Source: Phoronis australis
Taxonomy: Eukaryota > Animalia > Phoronida
Assembly (NCBI GenBank): GCA_002633005.1
Contig: NMRA01000035.1
Location: 959,059-1,023,058, forward strand
Direction: 5' to 3'
DNA length: 64,000 nt
The notes below the pieces were generated by a model, which was not told where the DNA came from, made no database searches, and worked only from the letters and a program-made list of their open reading frames with translations. The translations under genes and the position numbers were made by a program. Position 1 is the first letter of the stretch; each line of letters begins with the position of its first letter. Shown piece after piece: positions 1-14,500 of this stretch.

Positions 1-1934
1 TCATTCGGACATTTCGTTCTTATGATCTATCAGAATGAATTTAAGCAGAGCCATACCTTTGTAGCTCACGTAAATTGGGTTAGGCCTTTTATTCTCATAA
101 AACGGCCTACGTCTTTGTTTGTGGTTTAACAGGTTCTCATTCCAGGCAGACGTGTTACGTGTAAAAAAACCCAGGTTCAAGTCAGGACAGGACTCCTGGG
201 CCGAGGAGATCGGAGGGGTGTCAGCCAATTTATTGAAATTGATTCACGAATACCAAAAAGAACACATTGTACAGTTCAGTTAATAAGTATGCCCAAAAGA
301 CTTGTTAACGCATGTTAAGTTTCACAGAAATACTGGTAAACCGGGTATACAAACGAGAATTGTTCCAACTCACCTATCGTCACGTTGTTTACCATATGCC
401 ATTTATCGATCTCCTTTTCTAGAGTACTTCCTGTGAAATCACATGACCATGCGCCGCGATTTCTGAATTATCTTTTGTGCAATCAAAGTATGTTTGCTTT
501 CCTTTCAAAAGAATCGTGGAGTCAAGTGATATATTTGGAATGTTCTACTTCGTTCGATAGGTGCTCATTAAATTAATGAACCGCCTTGGTGTGGGGCTTT
601 TGATTCAATTTGTAACTCAAGCCGTGAAACACATTGTCATTTCAAATAACAGTATGATCATTTATCATACTCTCATATAATCATCGACACACTGGCTGTG
701 TTGCCCTGTTCAGTGTAGATGTAGTCGATGTACACTGTACAATTTACTAGTGTTAGTGTACTACAGTGTAGTGTTCAATGGTGTTAGGCTGTCGGTGAGT
801 GTCTGAGTGAGTGAATTAAAGCTGAAGGACACACAATTAAGTGTGCCGGGATGAAATCAGGTTGGCTGACTGTAGCCGTGGGATGCTATATCAATGTAAT
901 GTTTTTTAATGTGTGCATAACTTGGGAACCAATATTGGCATAACTGAGTTCTTGTGAAAGTTGACACCCAGTCGCTTATCATTAAGACGGCGTGGAACAC
1001 GAAAAACAGCCTGACTAAATTGCAATTGGAAGTGGTTTTCTGGCACTGAAACAGAATACAAGCTGCTCACCAGGTTTTTTACGGTTTGTTCATAAAGATT
1101 TTTAATTTCTGTTGATATCAAAAGCATTTTCTTTTAGTTTCAAATTTAAAAAAAAATTGTCAATTGCTCACCACTTCGTCGATTTTCGTCCCACAAGTGA
1201 CAAAGCAAAGCACATCTTCTTATGGTATGGCATTAAGACATAGACATAGCACATTTCCCTTGTATGAAAAATGTGACCTTTGACCTCAAGAGACTTCAAG
1301 CAACCGACTCTTAAGTGGGAAGGAAATATCAGATTAGAAACTCTGTGGTAACCACAGAGTTTTCTCTTTGCGTGTATTTCAAAAATCGTGAATTTTGTGA
1401 TTTTTTTCTGGAAATTTCCTCACTTCTTCATTTGTGCGGTGATCGTCCGGTTTTTAATTCCTCACAGGGGAAAGTGAATTACTTTGTACTAGACGTTGCG
1501 AGATGGTACTTTCACCAGGAATTGTTTAAAAGATATAAAATTTTTCTCGATCTTTCATGGTCCATGCCTCTTTAACTTTTACAGCTTGGTTGGGCAGTAG
1601 TGCTCACCCATAGGAGGGGTTGTTAGGGAGGGAGCAAATGGGTATTATCTTGTTTTCATTTCTGTTCAGTGTTAGTTTCGTTTTTGGAACATTGGACATA
1701 TTTCTTGCATGCTCAGTTTAAGGATTATTGTGTTGGTGTGTGATTGTCTGGCCTTGGAAATTTCATGAATCCTTTGATTATCAAACCAAGGTAGTACGTT
1801 TTTTAATGTGAGCACAATGCTCTTTTGACTTGAGTGGCGTACATCCTGGGTATGTCTGACTGCCTCCAAATAATGATAATAATAATAATAATAGTCAACA
1901 GGGAACGTCGATTTTTTATGAAATTATTTACTTA

Positions 1935-3055
1935 TGACAATATTTATTTTTGTGTTGTGCATGTTCAAGAACAATAAATTTAAATTTGATTTACCGGATT
2001 CTGAATGGACCGAATATGTATATTGTCTGTACATTGACCCCTGTGACCTCATTTCACAAAAATGTAAAAGTGGTTGAATAGGTGGGAAAAGTTCAACTAG
2101 TTTGTGGGAAGACTTTTAAAGTTAGAAAGTTCTAGAAAATCTCTGAACTTGAGGCAGGGTGTTTGGCGAGTTGAGCGAGGAAAATTTGAAGTTGGGTTTA
2201 ATTGGCAAGTGAGATTCCAGCTGAAGTCGCCACTTGCAGTCTGAGGTCACGTTTTTCAATATGGCAAATGAATAAAAAAATGATCAATTTTCTTAAAAGT
2301 GATGACTTGTTCGTGTGATGACTTATGTATACGTAAAAAGTTTTGGTGATAAGAAGACAGGACTGAAGGCAAGGTGACAACTTATATAGACTGATGAGAT
2401 ATGGAAAGATGTGTTGAGTGAGGTAGTATCGTTGAAGAATTAGTTCATTCTTATAAAACATAGTAAAATCTCACCGATTTTCAAAAAAAAANTGACAATA
2501 TTTATTTTTGTGTTGTGCATGTTCAAGAACAATAAATTTAAATTTGATTTACCGGATTCTGAATGGACCGAATATGTATATTGTCTGTACATTGACCCCT
2601 GTGACCTCATTTCACAAAAATGTAAAAGTGGTTAAATAGGTGGCAAAAGTTCAACTAGATTGTGGGAAGACTTTTAAAGTTAGAAAGTTCTAGAAAATCT
2701 CTGAACTTGAGGCAGGGTGTTTCAGGCGAGTTGAGCGAGGAAAATTTGAAGTTGGGTTTAATTGGCAAGTGAGATTCCAGCTGAAGTCGCCACTTGCAGT
2801 CTGATGTCACGTTTTTCAATATGGCAAATGAATAAAAAAATTGATCAATTTTCTTAAAAGTGATGACTTGTTCGTGTGACGACTTATGTATACGTAACAT
2901 TTTTTGGTGATGAGCATGAAGTCAGGACTGAAGGCAAGGTGACAACTTATATAGACTGATGAGATATGGAAAGATGTGTTGAGTGAGGTAGTATCGTTGA
3001 AGAATTAGTTCATTCTTATAAAACATGGTAAAATCTCACCGATTTTCAAAAAAAA
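1935..3055. repeat. ~560-bp near-identical direct duplication across an N (1935-2491 / 2493-3055)
   Basis: Copies differ by a few SNPs and indels; single N at 2492 at the junction. Confidence 0.9.
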
Positions 3056-6000
3056 ACAGTTCAAATTTTGCACCTCTTTATTTTTCAAGGGCTTCTAATG
3101 AATGCCCACAATTTCTCAAGATATTATCTGTTGGTAGATATGGTATAGAAGTTGAGTATAGCAAGCGTCATTCTGGTACTGTGTACCAATTACCAAAAAA
3201 GAGGGAAAATAAAATTTCCCCTGCCTGCCATGTTGTGTTCTAAATTAGTTAGATTTTACCATAATCAATCATTCTGGGCAAATTTCAAATCGCTAGCTTC
3301 TGTAAACAAACGGAAATCAATTGAAAATTAATTAAAAAGAATTCTAATAATGTTTTGGAATGTGAAGTAAATGTCAGAATTTGGAAAGCACGTGTAAACT
3401 GTTGACTGTAATACATTGTACCTAATGTACAGGCTAATGCTACCAAGCTTACCATTCCTGGTGTGTGCCTTGCACAAAAATAATTGCCAAAATGGTAATT
3501 TTCCATTTTTCAATGGCTGGTTACCTTTTTTGGAAATAATGGGAACTTAAGCAAATGCTGTTTTTAAAACATGGTTTGCTGTGTGTGGATGTTTAAAAGA
3601 ATGTCCACACAACGCAAACTATGCTTGTAATAGACTAAAAGGTGAGTAATTGCTGTATTGTTCTTTAGACTTTGAATTTTCATCTGAAAATAAAAGGATA
3701 TTTTATTGCTTTCTAATTCCAGCAAGTAGGACTAACTGAATATTATGAGTTGCAAAACTAAGCCACGAAAGGGTGGTCGCATTCATCGAAAATTACCAGA
3801 AATACCCATACCCCAACAGCGGACACCCAGACATGAAAGTAAAGGATTATTCCGATTTGTTGATGGCGATGGATGGTATAGGCCTGTTGGTAACCTCAGT
3901 AAAGCAGTTCAAATGTTGGGTAAGTGTCATCAGGGCTTGGAACTTTCCTTTTTTAAGAGGATTTCCTCTTTTTGGTTTTGATTTTCTCATTTGATTTCCA
4001 GTTTTCTTTGTTTCCTTTTTATCATTATTTCGACTTTATTCATGCAAAAACATTTATTTCAGTTAAATTTTACTACACTAAAAATATTTTCATCACACAA
4101 GCCTATATATTTGTGGAACAATACATCACCTGGAAAATGTTTCTCTTTTTTGTCATTGGTCATTCCAAACCCTGTGTATTCGTGTATTCGCTTTTTTTTA
4201 TCAGGATTATTATGGGATTTTGTAGAAATGGGGAATTCTGGCTTAGATCATGGAATAGTTGTGTGATTCATGTAATGATAGCTAGGATGGTATTTTATGG
4301 GGTTTCTTTCAAAGCATAGTATCCCATGGTTCCAACCAAGAACAGTTGTGGTACATGTGTTTCTGAAAAATACAGATCTGTGCTGTTGACAATGGACTGG
4401 CTATACCATATTTTACCCTATCTTTTCGAATAAATGAAAATTCTCTTGCTGAGCTCAGTCTTCTTTTTCTTAATTTAAACTTGCTAAAAATGACTTAAGT
4501 GGAATTTTAGAGCTCTACAGCTCTACGGTAAAAAATATGATCAATTTTGGACAAAATAATCACCAGAATTGCCCTTTTGGATTCTTCAAGGTCTTTTGAC
4601 ATTGTTTTGAGTGGCCACACTTTTTTAAAATTATATTATTTTTGGTAGCATTATTTTGTTGCTACGTATTTTTATGAAAAGCCCCAAAATAAAATTTTCC
4701 TTGTCTGCCATATTGTGTTCTAAATTAGTGAAATTTTACAGTAGTCAACCTTATTTACCTTGTATTCATTATTGAGTCACTCTGATAAATAAAGCCACTG
4801 ATATCAATGGGTGATTTGCATATTTTTGACAATTTACATTCAAATTACAGAAACTAAAAAGTTGAGAAATATATTCATGTCGTAGGTTTCAAATGATACT
4901 TTCACATTTCGGTCATTGGAGCTGATAAGAAAAAGATTTGAAACAGATAAACAGATATATAGTGTTAAGAATCAGATAAGCGATTGGCAGTAATGAACGT
5001 CACATTTGCAATACACACACAGGTTCAAGTGTTAAAGTTTTACTCAAAATATTGGTGAAAACAAAATACGAGAAATGCAAACATTGCAAATGAGTCTGTT
5101 ACTTAAAAAAAGAGTTTCATTGCCAGAATCTATACTTTACTACTTGTCATTCAGCCAGTGCGATTACTCAGGTTTTCAAGGGTTCTGCAATGTCAAAGAA
5201 AACAGCATTCGTCCCCGATTGCACCATTTAAAAATAGTTCAAAGCATGTATGACATTCAAAACTGTAGGAATTCTAACCCAAAATGAAGCATTAAAAATC
5301 TTGATAATTATTTGTGTTCGAAAAAGTATTCATAAATCTTAATATCTGAGTTCATTTTGATTCTGATCAATCATTTCTGTGATGTTCTGAAGTTAGCTGT
5401 CAGTGTCTTATTTTCATTGAGATGTGTGGAATATCTGTAACAGTTATCCAGGCCACTTGTTGACTGAACATACAGGTGTAGATTCTCTGCTTTCATTGGT
5501 TGGTTTTATTCTCAAGTGGATGACTGGCATCCCTCAATCCTTTGTAATGTGACAATGTGCAACTGTAAGGTCTATGACAAACTGCTTGTCACAAATTCTC
5601 CTCTGCCATCACTGTTGTTTCTTTTGTTGGGCCAGTAACAGCTTTGGATGACATCATCTTCCAATTTTCCTTGAGTGTCACCTGGCTTTCCATTTAGAGC
5701 TATAGCAGCCATTTAACCTATGGTCAAAGAGCAAAATACCACAATCAGAAAATTCAATAGTCATCAATACTGCAAAGCTTTATATAATACACATGCTTTT
5801 ATTATCATTATTATTTTAGAAATGGATTTCTATAGCTTGCGCTATTGTTGGGTCGGCTTAGTATGAGTAAATCTGTGTTTACCCTCACTGGGATATTTAT
5901 TTATAGCATTTCCAGACAGCGTCTCTCATAGTTTGACTGGCTTTCATGTCTACCTGTTGGAAATGTTTGTGGAAAATATGACCCTGTTAATGGATAATTT

Positions 6001-8373
6001 TGATTGTGTTGTTTAGTAAATAGTTTGCAGGTGAGTATATTGTTAAAATCTCGAATTCATGCATTTGTTGTATTTTGTTACAAATCTTTTAATGGGTTAC
6101 TAGCTGTCAATGTAATGGCTGCTTCATGTAGGTTTGTTAGGGAAGTAACGTTTACTGCAAGCATATTTTGTTCTTTTGTTTCACGAAGTCTTAAGGCATT
6201 ATTTCAGGTGAAAAATCTAAATGTTAATTGCTTTGCGTAGATTCATCGTGGAAATCATATTTGTGCACAACAAGAATATTTTGGTTCCATATTTCACAAA
6301 ATCTAATACATTAATTTGTGCTTGGTCAGGGGAAAGCTTTCAAAATAACAGGTGACAGATTTATCTCTAGCAAAACACTGCCAGGCTTCTTGGACCGAAC
6401 CCCAGGTATAGATTTCGCTAAACGGTGTTAATATATGCAAATGCAAAATATTTATGTTAGTTTTGTGTTTTACGTGGTCGCTCTGTTTGTGTTGTTTTAC
6501 GCTAACAATGGGTTGCTACTGGGTAGCCACATTTTTTCTAGCCACAAATCAAACACAATGTGTCACAGAGAATACCCCCAGAGCAGTCTTGCTCTTTGAT
6601 GTCTGGTCACTCCTATCAAGTAATATTACTCACTATTTGTCAATATCTAATAACACGCTATTGGCTAAACAAAGGAACGTCAATATCTACAGGTGGTAAC
6701 TCAATTTTGGGATATCCTGTATGTCCTATTTATAATGTTAATAGACTAAATGGGATCAGAATTGTTTCTCTATTAGCAAACTATTGTGTGTTTTGGTGGT
6801 CGTTTGTAGAAGGAAGGGTAGGATTGTGGACAGAAGCCTTTTTCGAGTTCCTTGTTTATTGCTTAATTTAGAGCGTGGGGTTAACAAATGTTTGACCTGC
6901 TAAGTGTTTTGATGGAATAACTTGCTAGTTAGTATTGTCATGTGTGAACAATGTCATTGTATGCAGTTAGTGCTGGTGGAAGCAGTCGTCGAAGATAGGG
7001 AATTTTGCAACACATATGTGAAATATTGTTAAAACAGCCAATTTTTGGGAATAAGGTTTGAGATGTTGTTAATTGTCTACTTACTAGTATCATTTCAAAG
7101 TACAGCAATTAATTCTCCGTGTAAAACTTGAAATTTTCTTAAATTTTGGCATACTTTTACTCATGTACTGTTTTCATTTGTCATAATGTATGGCCTTTAA
7201 TTTCTCTTCCATTTTTCTTATTTCACTGTAAACTAGCTTGGAAGTGCTTTGCAGCTGCGTTCAAACATTGTTATTTTGAAATTGAGAGCGAAACCTTGCT
7301 TTTTAACCTAATGCCATATTGAAAAACGGTTTATTATAATTAATACCAACCTGAGCTTCCAGATTTTTCTCAAACCTTTCTTTTCGATTGGCAAATTAGG
7401 AACTTTTTAATTTTTAGTTTGTAGTGGTATCAAAACTGTTCATCACTTCTTGACAAATTTTGTACGATAGATATCTCCTATAATATTTAAACCTGAACTG
7501 TCAATTTAGACTTGCATGCTCAAAGACTTCAACTATGTCAATAAATTAGCGACTGTAAAGTCATGGAAAAATGGAAAAGGGCAAAACTCATGAGCAAATC
7601 TTGGCATGAGCTCATGACACTCAGTTATACGTGTGCTTGGAAAATGTGGCTAATTAGTTACATGTCTACCTTTTGTTAGAAAAATGAACCGTAGAATTTG
7701 CGAAGGAAAATTATATACTCTTGAAAAGGAATAATGGAAAATGAATGCAGTACCAGCGATCTCCCTAATTTCTGTTACTGATCTCAACAAAAGTGCTTTG
7801 GCTCAAGTGCAACACCTTGAATTTGTTTATTTTCTTAACTTTATCAGAAGAAGGGTGAATGACATGAAACTGTGTCGGCTGATCCATTTGGAAAATTGTT
7901 ATTGGATTTATTTAGATTGTAGCTGTTTATTCAGGACTTCTGTCATCTTTACTCAAAGGGTCCTTTCTTCCCTCCTCTTTCTGAATTTGAACTTGTGTAA
8001 ATACTTGGACGTGGATTGTAGAAGACCACCACGGGTTTAAAGCTGTCTCAAGCTGGAGTTTAAATTCAAGTTTACGCGCTAAATCAAGAAACTAGTTAGT
8101 TTCTCTTAAATGTGTCGTGATCTTTGCATCAGGTATCATTAGCAATGTTTTCTTTGAGGACAAAAGCATGTTTTACAATTTTCAGCTGTGACTTGGATGG
8201 GACTGAGTGCAGAATAACACCTTGCATTTGATGCAGACGTAATGTGTTCTAGTGAGATGATGTCATACTACGGGTAACTGAGTACAGACTTGCGCAGGGT
8301 TGATATTTGCAGTCGTAATGCCCGTGTGACTAGAATTTAAGTCGTAATCCTTTTTTTAGCTAATCTACCAAGT

Positions 8374-8517
8374 ATGCCTCGAAGACGACTATCCCTGATT
8401 GAGCAGAAGACTACGTACTCTGATGATTATGACGATCTGTCTCAGATGGTCGGACCCATGACTGATGATGCTATTCGCAAAGTACTTCAAAACAGATTCA
8501 CAACTGGAAACTACTAT
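8374..8517 (+). CDS. dachs: dachs exon (MPRRRL...DLSQMVGPMTDDAIRKVLQNRF...NYY)
   Basis: Acceptor tttttttag ends at 8359; donor GTAAGT at 8518; start of the myosin head. Confidence 0.85.
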
Positions 8518-11500
8518 GTAAGTGGGAGGAAACGTACAATATTGTTTTATTCATTTTCAGATTAATTTCAACGAGAAGATGTTTAGGAATTATCAGTTTG
8601 TTACTGACTGGTTTGTCTAACATTTATTTATTTCAATATCTATTTGTATGGGTCGAGAAGAATGTCTGGTTCAGGTTTTGTGAATGAAATGAGATTGATT
8701 GATTTCTCTCTCCATGTGAGGAAACCCCTTCTGTCATTGAATAGATTTCCTATAATCTACTCACTAATGTCTTTCTGGAGACTATTTCATATTGATGTGA
8801 GAACGAATGCACAAATATTTACACAAGTTTCATTGTTGGCTACTAACTAATATAATTTGCTTAAGTGTTTTACAAAACAAATTGCTCTCCCATGGAGAGA
8901 ACAAAGTTACAGACTGGATTTGTATACAACAATTTTGACTAGAGATAAATTACGGACAATTCTTTCTTCTGCCCGACATGCCACTGGCACTTGTGCCTAT
9001 AAAATAAACAAATTAAGTTTAAAAAAATGTCCAGTATTTTGTATTTTCAATTGGAACATTCGTGCATTGTTTTGTAATACGTAAGTCAAGCTCCAGTGGC
9101 ATCCTGTTTAAAAATTTTGCCTCTTTGTTTACTGGTGTGTTTCACATATAGGCTTTTGCAGTAAATTCCTTAATAGACACTGCTTTACAGTACCAATAGG
9201 CACATGGCCTAAATACATGGATAGGCGGTAAACTTATTTTTCTGTCCTTTTTTCACTTTTTATGATATTCGAAAGATCAAATGTGATCCTGTTGTGATGT
9301 TTGGCAAGTTTTCATTAGGATTATGAACATTTTCTGGTCAAAAACACCTGTTATCGCATTTCAGACAAACGTGGGCCCCATTGTGGTGTCCGTCAACCCG
9401 CAGGCTCCCTTCACGACCAATGTTAGCCTGGAGAAATGTCCACCCTGCCACCCCTACTTACAGAATATAGTCCAAAGAGCATTGGACCAGCTGCACGAGG
9501 CAGGCTATTCTCAAGTTATTGTTATGAGGTAAACAATTCTTGATCTATTTGGCATCTTTCTGCTTCAACTTCCATGCAGTGGTTAGAGAATCTTTTTTAG
9601 ATTTACTGATCCTATAATCTCTCAGTATATCGTAAAGCCATTTGCTATAGTATGATTCAGTTTCTCTAATGTTTTTGCAAACAGTGGTGAATCTGGGAGC
9701 GGAAAGACGACAAATGCCAGGATATTGCTGCGTCAAGTCTTTGAGATGGCTGGGGGAGGCTTGGCAACGGACACATTTAAGCATGTCTCGGCATCTATGA
9801 CGGTACTGCGATCTCTTAGTCATGCAGCAGTCAACGGAAATGTGGAGTCTAGTCGAATGGTAGGAACTTCAGCTACGTGATGCTCTGATGATTACCTGAT
9901 TTTTTTTGCTTGTTGTCTGTCTCCAGATGTTAGATGTTCTGTCCATTAACCTCCAGGCCTGTAAATTAAGATTTTTGCACTGGAAATTAGAATGTGCAAC
10001 TTTTGGTTGCTTATGTACTATTCAAAGTCAAAGGGATCTTGTTTTGATTTTTAATCCCATTGGTTTTATGTGCAAATTTGAGAATGCATTGAGTCTTAGG
10101 CAATGTAAAGTCATTGCTTTATGAGAAATGAGACTGCATTTTGTTTTCAGTGCAAAATTATGGTAAACCACCAAGCACACTAAATTAGCATTTGTTTAAC
10201 ATTTTCTCAAGATTGTAAGGTTGATTAAACATGTAACTATTAATAAATAAAAGTGACAACAAACTTAACTTGTGCTGAAAAAAAAGGTATGGACCACTTA
10301 CTTTTATAAAATTGGTCTTGTCTTTTTCCTTACTTAATTAAAAACAATTTTTAAACTTGAGAAAAGTGAAAGATCATTATTACTTCAGACCAGGTCCAGT
10401 AAGTTGCTTGTCACCGCTAGTTAGTTTCAATAACCAAGGCTGTATGACCGTCCAATGTAATTCCAATGGATATGTTTTTAACAACTTTAATTCAAACAAA
10501 AGATGAGAATGTTACGAAGGTGCTTTGCGAGACGAAGGAAGTTGATTTTTGACATCATGGTTCGTAGTGGCTTGAACTTTTGACAGTCAGATTTTTTCTT
10601 TATGGAAACAGTTGCGTGATTTCTTGTAGGGCAGTTATATTGAAGTCTACCTATCTGGCGGAGTAATACACAGAGCAAAGACGCAGTACTATTTCATTGA
10701 TCAGGTACGTTAATTTTGTCATTTAGTTATGGAGTGTTGACAATGGAGCTTATTCAGCATGTCATGCTTGTTGAAATTTGAACTGATTCAGAAATGAATT
10801 GATATTGCTGTGGAGTATCTGATTATTGAAACATTTTGTCTCTAGAACAACTAAATTGATGAGCGTGCGTTATTATTAAAAACGTGAAAAAAGTTTCAGT
10901 TATAACAAACAAATGTTGCACTAGAAAATTTTGTTGAAAGTGTTTTTCCACTTTGTGACCTTTTGTTTTGGTGTTTCAATCGTGCAGACGTATTTAGCAC
11001 ACTATGCAAACAATCGGGTCAATAAAAACACAAAAATGCACTGCATGGAGCATCAAATACAACGTTTTTCCTTTCATTTAAATGTATATAAGTATTAGCT
11101 CAACATTATGAATTTCCTTCATGCAACTGAATAGGACGGTCCTGGATTACACAGCGACACTTGATTTTCATGGCATTTACCCACAATGCTGCAGAATCCG
11201 TCTGGCGTCTTTTTCACATCATTGGAATTTCTCGTGTCATTTGTTAGTGCTTTGCTTTTGTCAAGTTTTCTGATCTGATTTATCTGTACTGTAGCTTCCA
11301 ATGCCAGCGAAGATTTACTACTGGGCTGTATCTTTTAGCTCCATCAGCAAAAAGTAAAAATGTTTTACGTACTATTTAATACGTTTTCCAACCTCAAGGC
11401 CAAGGAGGACCAAGGAGATTTCTATTCGGAACCACCTTATTCAATATATACTGATGGTGATAGCTTGTTGTATTGTTTTATTTCAATTAGTTGGCATGCT

Positions 11501-14500
11501 CAGTAGCCGTTTAGTAGTTGTTGTCACAACGATTTGAATGTTGCTTACCTATCATTCATAACTTATTTTTGGCTTGATGTTTCAGAATCGAGTAATTCGG
11601 CCGCAGTGTATTGGGTCCAACTTTCAAATATTTTATGAAATGCTAGCTGGTTTGACAACGGAGGAAAAAGGTATCAATATTGTACAAAGGGTGTTCATTA
11701 TACTTATGAATTAAAACAATATTGAGTAATAACACTTGTACATTATAGTTTGCTGAATAAATTCACAGGAGACCTGGCTTTGATCTCTTCACATTGGCAC
11801 GATGTTTCGGTCAGTCATTTCTCCAGCCATCTTCAGGTGCAATTTGCACTTTAGCTGGTGAAATTTGACTTCAGTGTGATTAGATTGCCCATGCCTTGAG
11901 AATCTCGCGCACAAAGGCTTCTAATTTGTGTATTTATTTGGTGCAATTTGAGACTTACTTTCCTTTATTTTTATGTAACAGCTTTCTTAAAAAAAGGAGA
12001 ATGGATATCTGTTACATTCATTGTGACTAATCAATATACTTAAATAAAACAGCAAAAATTGGTCATTTTTGTTGTTTTATTTACATATATTTATTCTACT
12101 TTTCGACACACAAGTGTATCCTTTAGAGGATCTGGATCACCTCTTTTAGTTTCGGATTTATTTTCAAGGTTATTGGTGACTAATCAAAATGCTGCGCCAA
12201 ATGTAATTGGGTTGGTGTAAGTGGCCAGAAAGATGTAAGAAATGATGTTGCCATATCAGCACTGCAAAGTGGTTCTTGGAAATTATGGCTTTGGTCTGTT
12301 TTTATTATTTTAATGTCAGTTCGATGTGATTCTATAAAATAATCAACTCCCAAAAAATTGTAAAATTGAACTATTGAAATGTTGCCTGGCTCATTAATGA
12401 GCTGTGAAACAAAGTCAACCGAATAGATTTTGTAATACTTTTCAAGTGCTGAGCACTCTATTTTGGATGGGACTTGATTAAGTTCTGATGTTCTGTTGCT
12501 GCAAAATCTCTAGCATACATGATGTTTTACTCTCTGTAGATGCTTTGCCTATCGTGTTGATGTTACGAGTTCTATGCGAGTAGCAGTAAATCTCCCACCT
12601 GACAAAGGCGATTGCTTTAAATCGCTGAAACTTCGTCTTAATTTTTTTAGTGAAGTTTCATCTGCAGCCATATTCTCCTGAAAGTCTGATCTACTTGAAC
12701 CGTAACCAGTTGAAGAGGAATGTTGACCACGATGCTGAAAGGTTCCAAAGTTGGAAGGTGGGGCTTGTAACACTACACGTGAACATTTTGAGCGCATGAT
12801 AGCCTTTGACATTGCATTGTGGGTGTTTTGTGTAAATGTTTATGAAGATGCAGGAACAAGGTAATGAGATTTTCCATTGACACATATTTGGCATTGTGCT
12901 GGCTCAAATTTCCACAGCGGCCCAAGTTGATGCAGCTTCTGCTTTGTGTCAGTTTGAGTCAGCATAGTCGGCTCAAATTGACACATGCCAAATTTGTTGT
13001 GTCAGTTTGGGCCGGAAGTTCTGACCAAAGTTGGCAGATTCAAGACTTCTATCAATTTGGGCTGTTGTGCCAATTTGAGCCTGCACTAGGCACAGTCATT
13101 ATGTTCCAAATTAGTTGTTGTGTGGTAATTGCTATCTATGTCTATAAACTGTATTAGATTTTTTTGCAAATTATATGAATAGGTGTAAGGATCAAAATGC
13201 TCATTTAATCCAATGTAATCGCAAACTAAGACGAGAAATATTCACTTTCTGAAGAACTGAAATTGATCTTTTACAACCATACTGTCCATTGCAAGAAACA
13301 AATATCTAATGAACAAATTAAAATTATAGTTTTAATTGATTATTTTTATCATTATTATTACATTGTTTATTATCACAGACTGCATTGACCACTCTGGGTA
13401 TACCATTCTCAGACGTGCTTCGAGTCCTAGCCGCTGTTTTACTCCTGGGTAATATCCAATTCTCAGAGAGTGATGTGGGTGACATCGAAGTTATCGGTAA
13501 TACCGGTAAGTGAGTTTAGTCCTAACTTTCCCTTAATGGTGCCTTCCATTTCTAAGTATTTCTTGTTAGTGTTCCTTTGAAAGCTAAAGAAATTTTTGCT
13601 TCTTTTGTTGCATGAAATGACTTAAGAGGAATATGAAGTTGTTTTTCAGTTTGATCAGAAACTGAAGATTGTCTAGTCTGCGCTTGTGAAGTCCTCCATT
13701 GGCAGACATCAGATATCAAAAAGAGCACTGGTGTTATTTTGTTTTGTTTTTTTTATATGCGCTAACTGCGAAGCGATACCGAAGCTAGTTTACAGTGAAA
13801 CAACACGTGTAGTTGAGATAAAAGGTCATATATATATTATGACAAACTAAACTACTACAGATATCAGTAATTACAAAAGTTATATAACATGTTGCACTGT
13901 AAAGGTGGGTGACAATCTGCCACAGATGCAGCAGAAGGATGCATCCGCCCATTGTGTAGTAATACTTTAGTTATGTTGTTCATTAATGGCTGCCTTAATT
14001 CAAATACATTATTGATGAGGTAGAGTTTACTTGTTTTAGCTCATTAGTTTTTAATTTTAAAAAATAAAACTTCACTTTTCTACCTGATGGCTGCGTTGCG
14101 AAATACCTGCTCTTCATTCTCAATTCTAATTTTCCAGATCCCAAATGCCTGTTTTATTTGAATTTAACTATAAAAGTTTCTGGTATCTAGTTTGTATTTA
14201 TTGTAGATGGCAATAGGTTTCAACTGATATTTTGATGTTATATTGGCATTATTCCCACTGTGTGTTTTTAATATGTTTTCTGGTTTGCAGTTTAGTTTAC
14301 ACCAATTTATTTAATTTGCAGAAATCAAGTCAGTTGCCGCCCTTCTTGGTGTATCTGGTGTCTCCCTTTACCGTGGTCTGACTTGTCAAACTCAACAGTT
14401 GAAATCTCAAACTGTGCGAAATCATGGTGATGCATTGTGGGTATGGTTTTACTGCCAGGAATTATATGTCAGATTTATTGATATACAAATGAATACATCG

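Noticed and set aside
1-228. 75-aa minus-strand ORF
   Set aside because: Non-ATG start, no recognisable motif and no convincing splice support.
2388-2415. CTGATGA...GAAA hammerhead-like core (and its copy near 2955)
   Set aside because: Only 6 nt between the boxes with no stem II, and no stem I pairing.
1935-3055. Apparent tandem duplication
   Set aside because: The junction is a single N and the copies differ only at allele-like levels; probably a contig-overlap artefact.
3745-8040. Short ORFs upstream of dachs
   Set aside because: Rich in F/L/C/I as expected from AT-rich non-coding DNA; no homology or splice-phase support.
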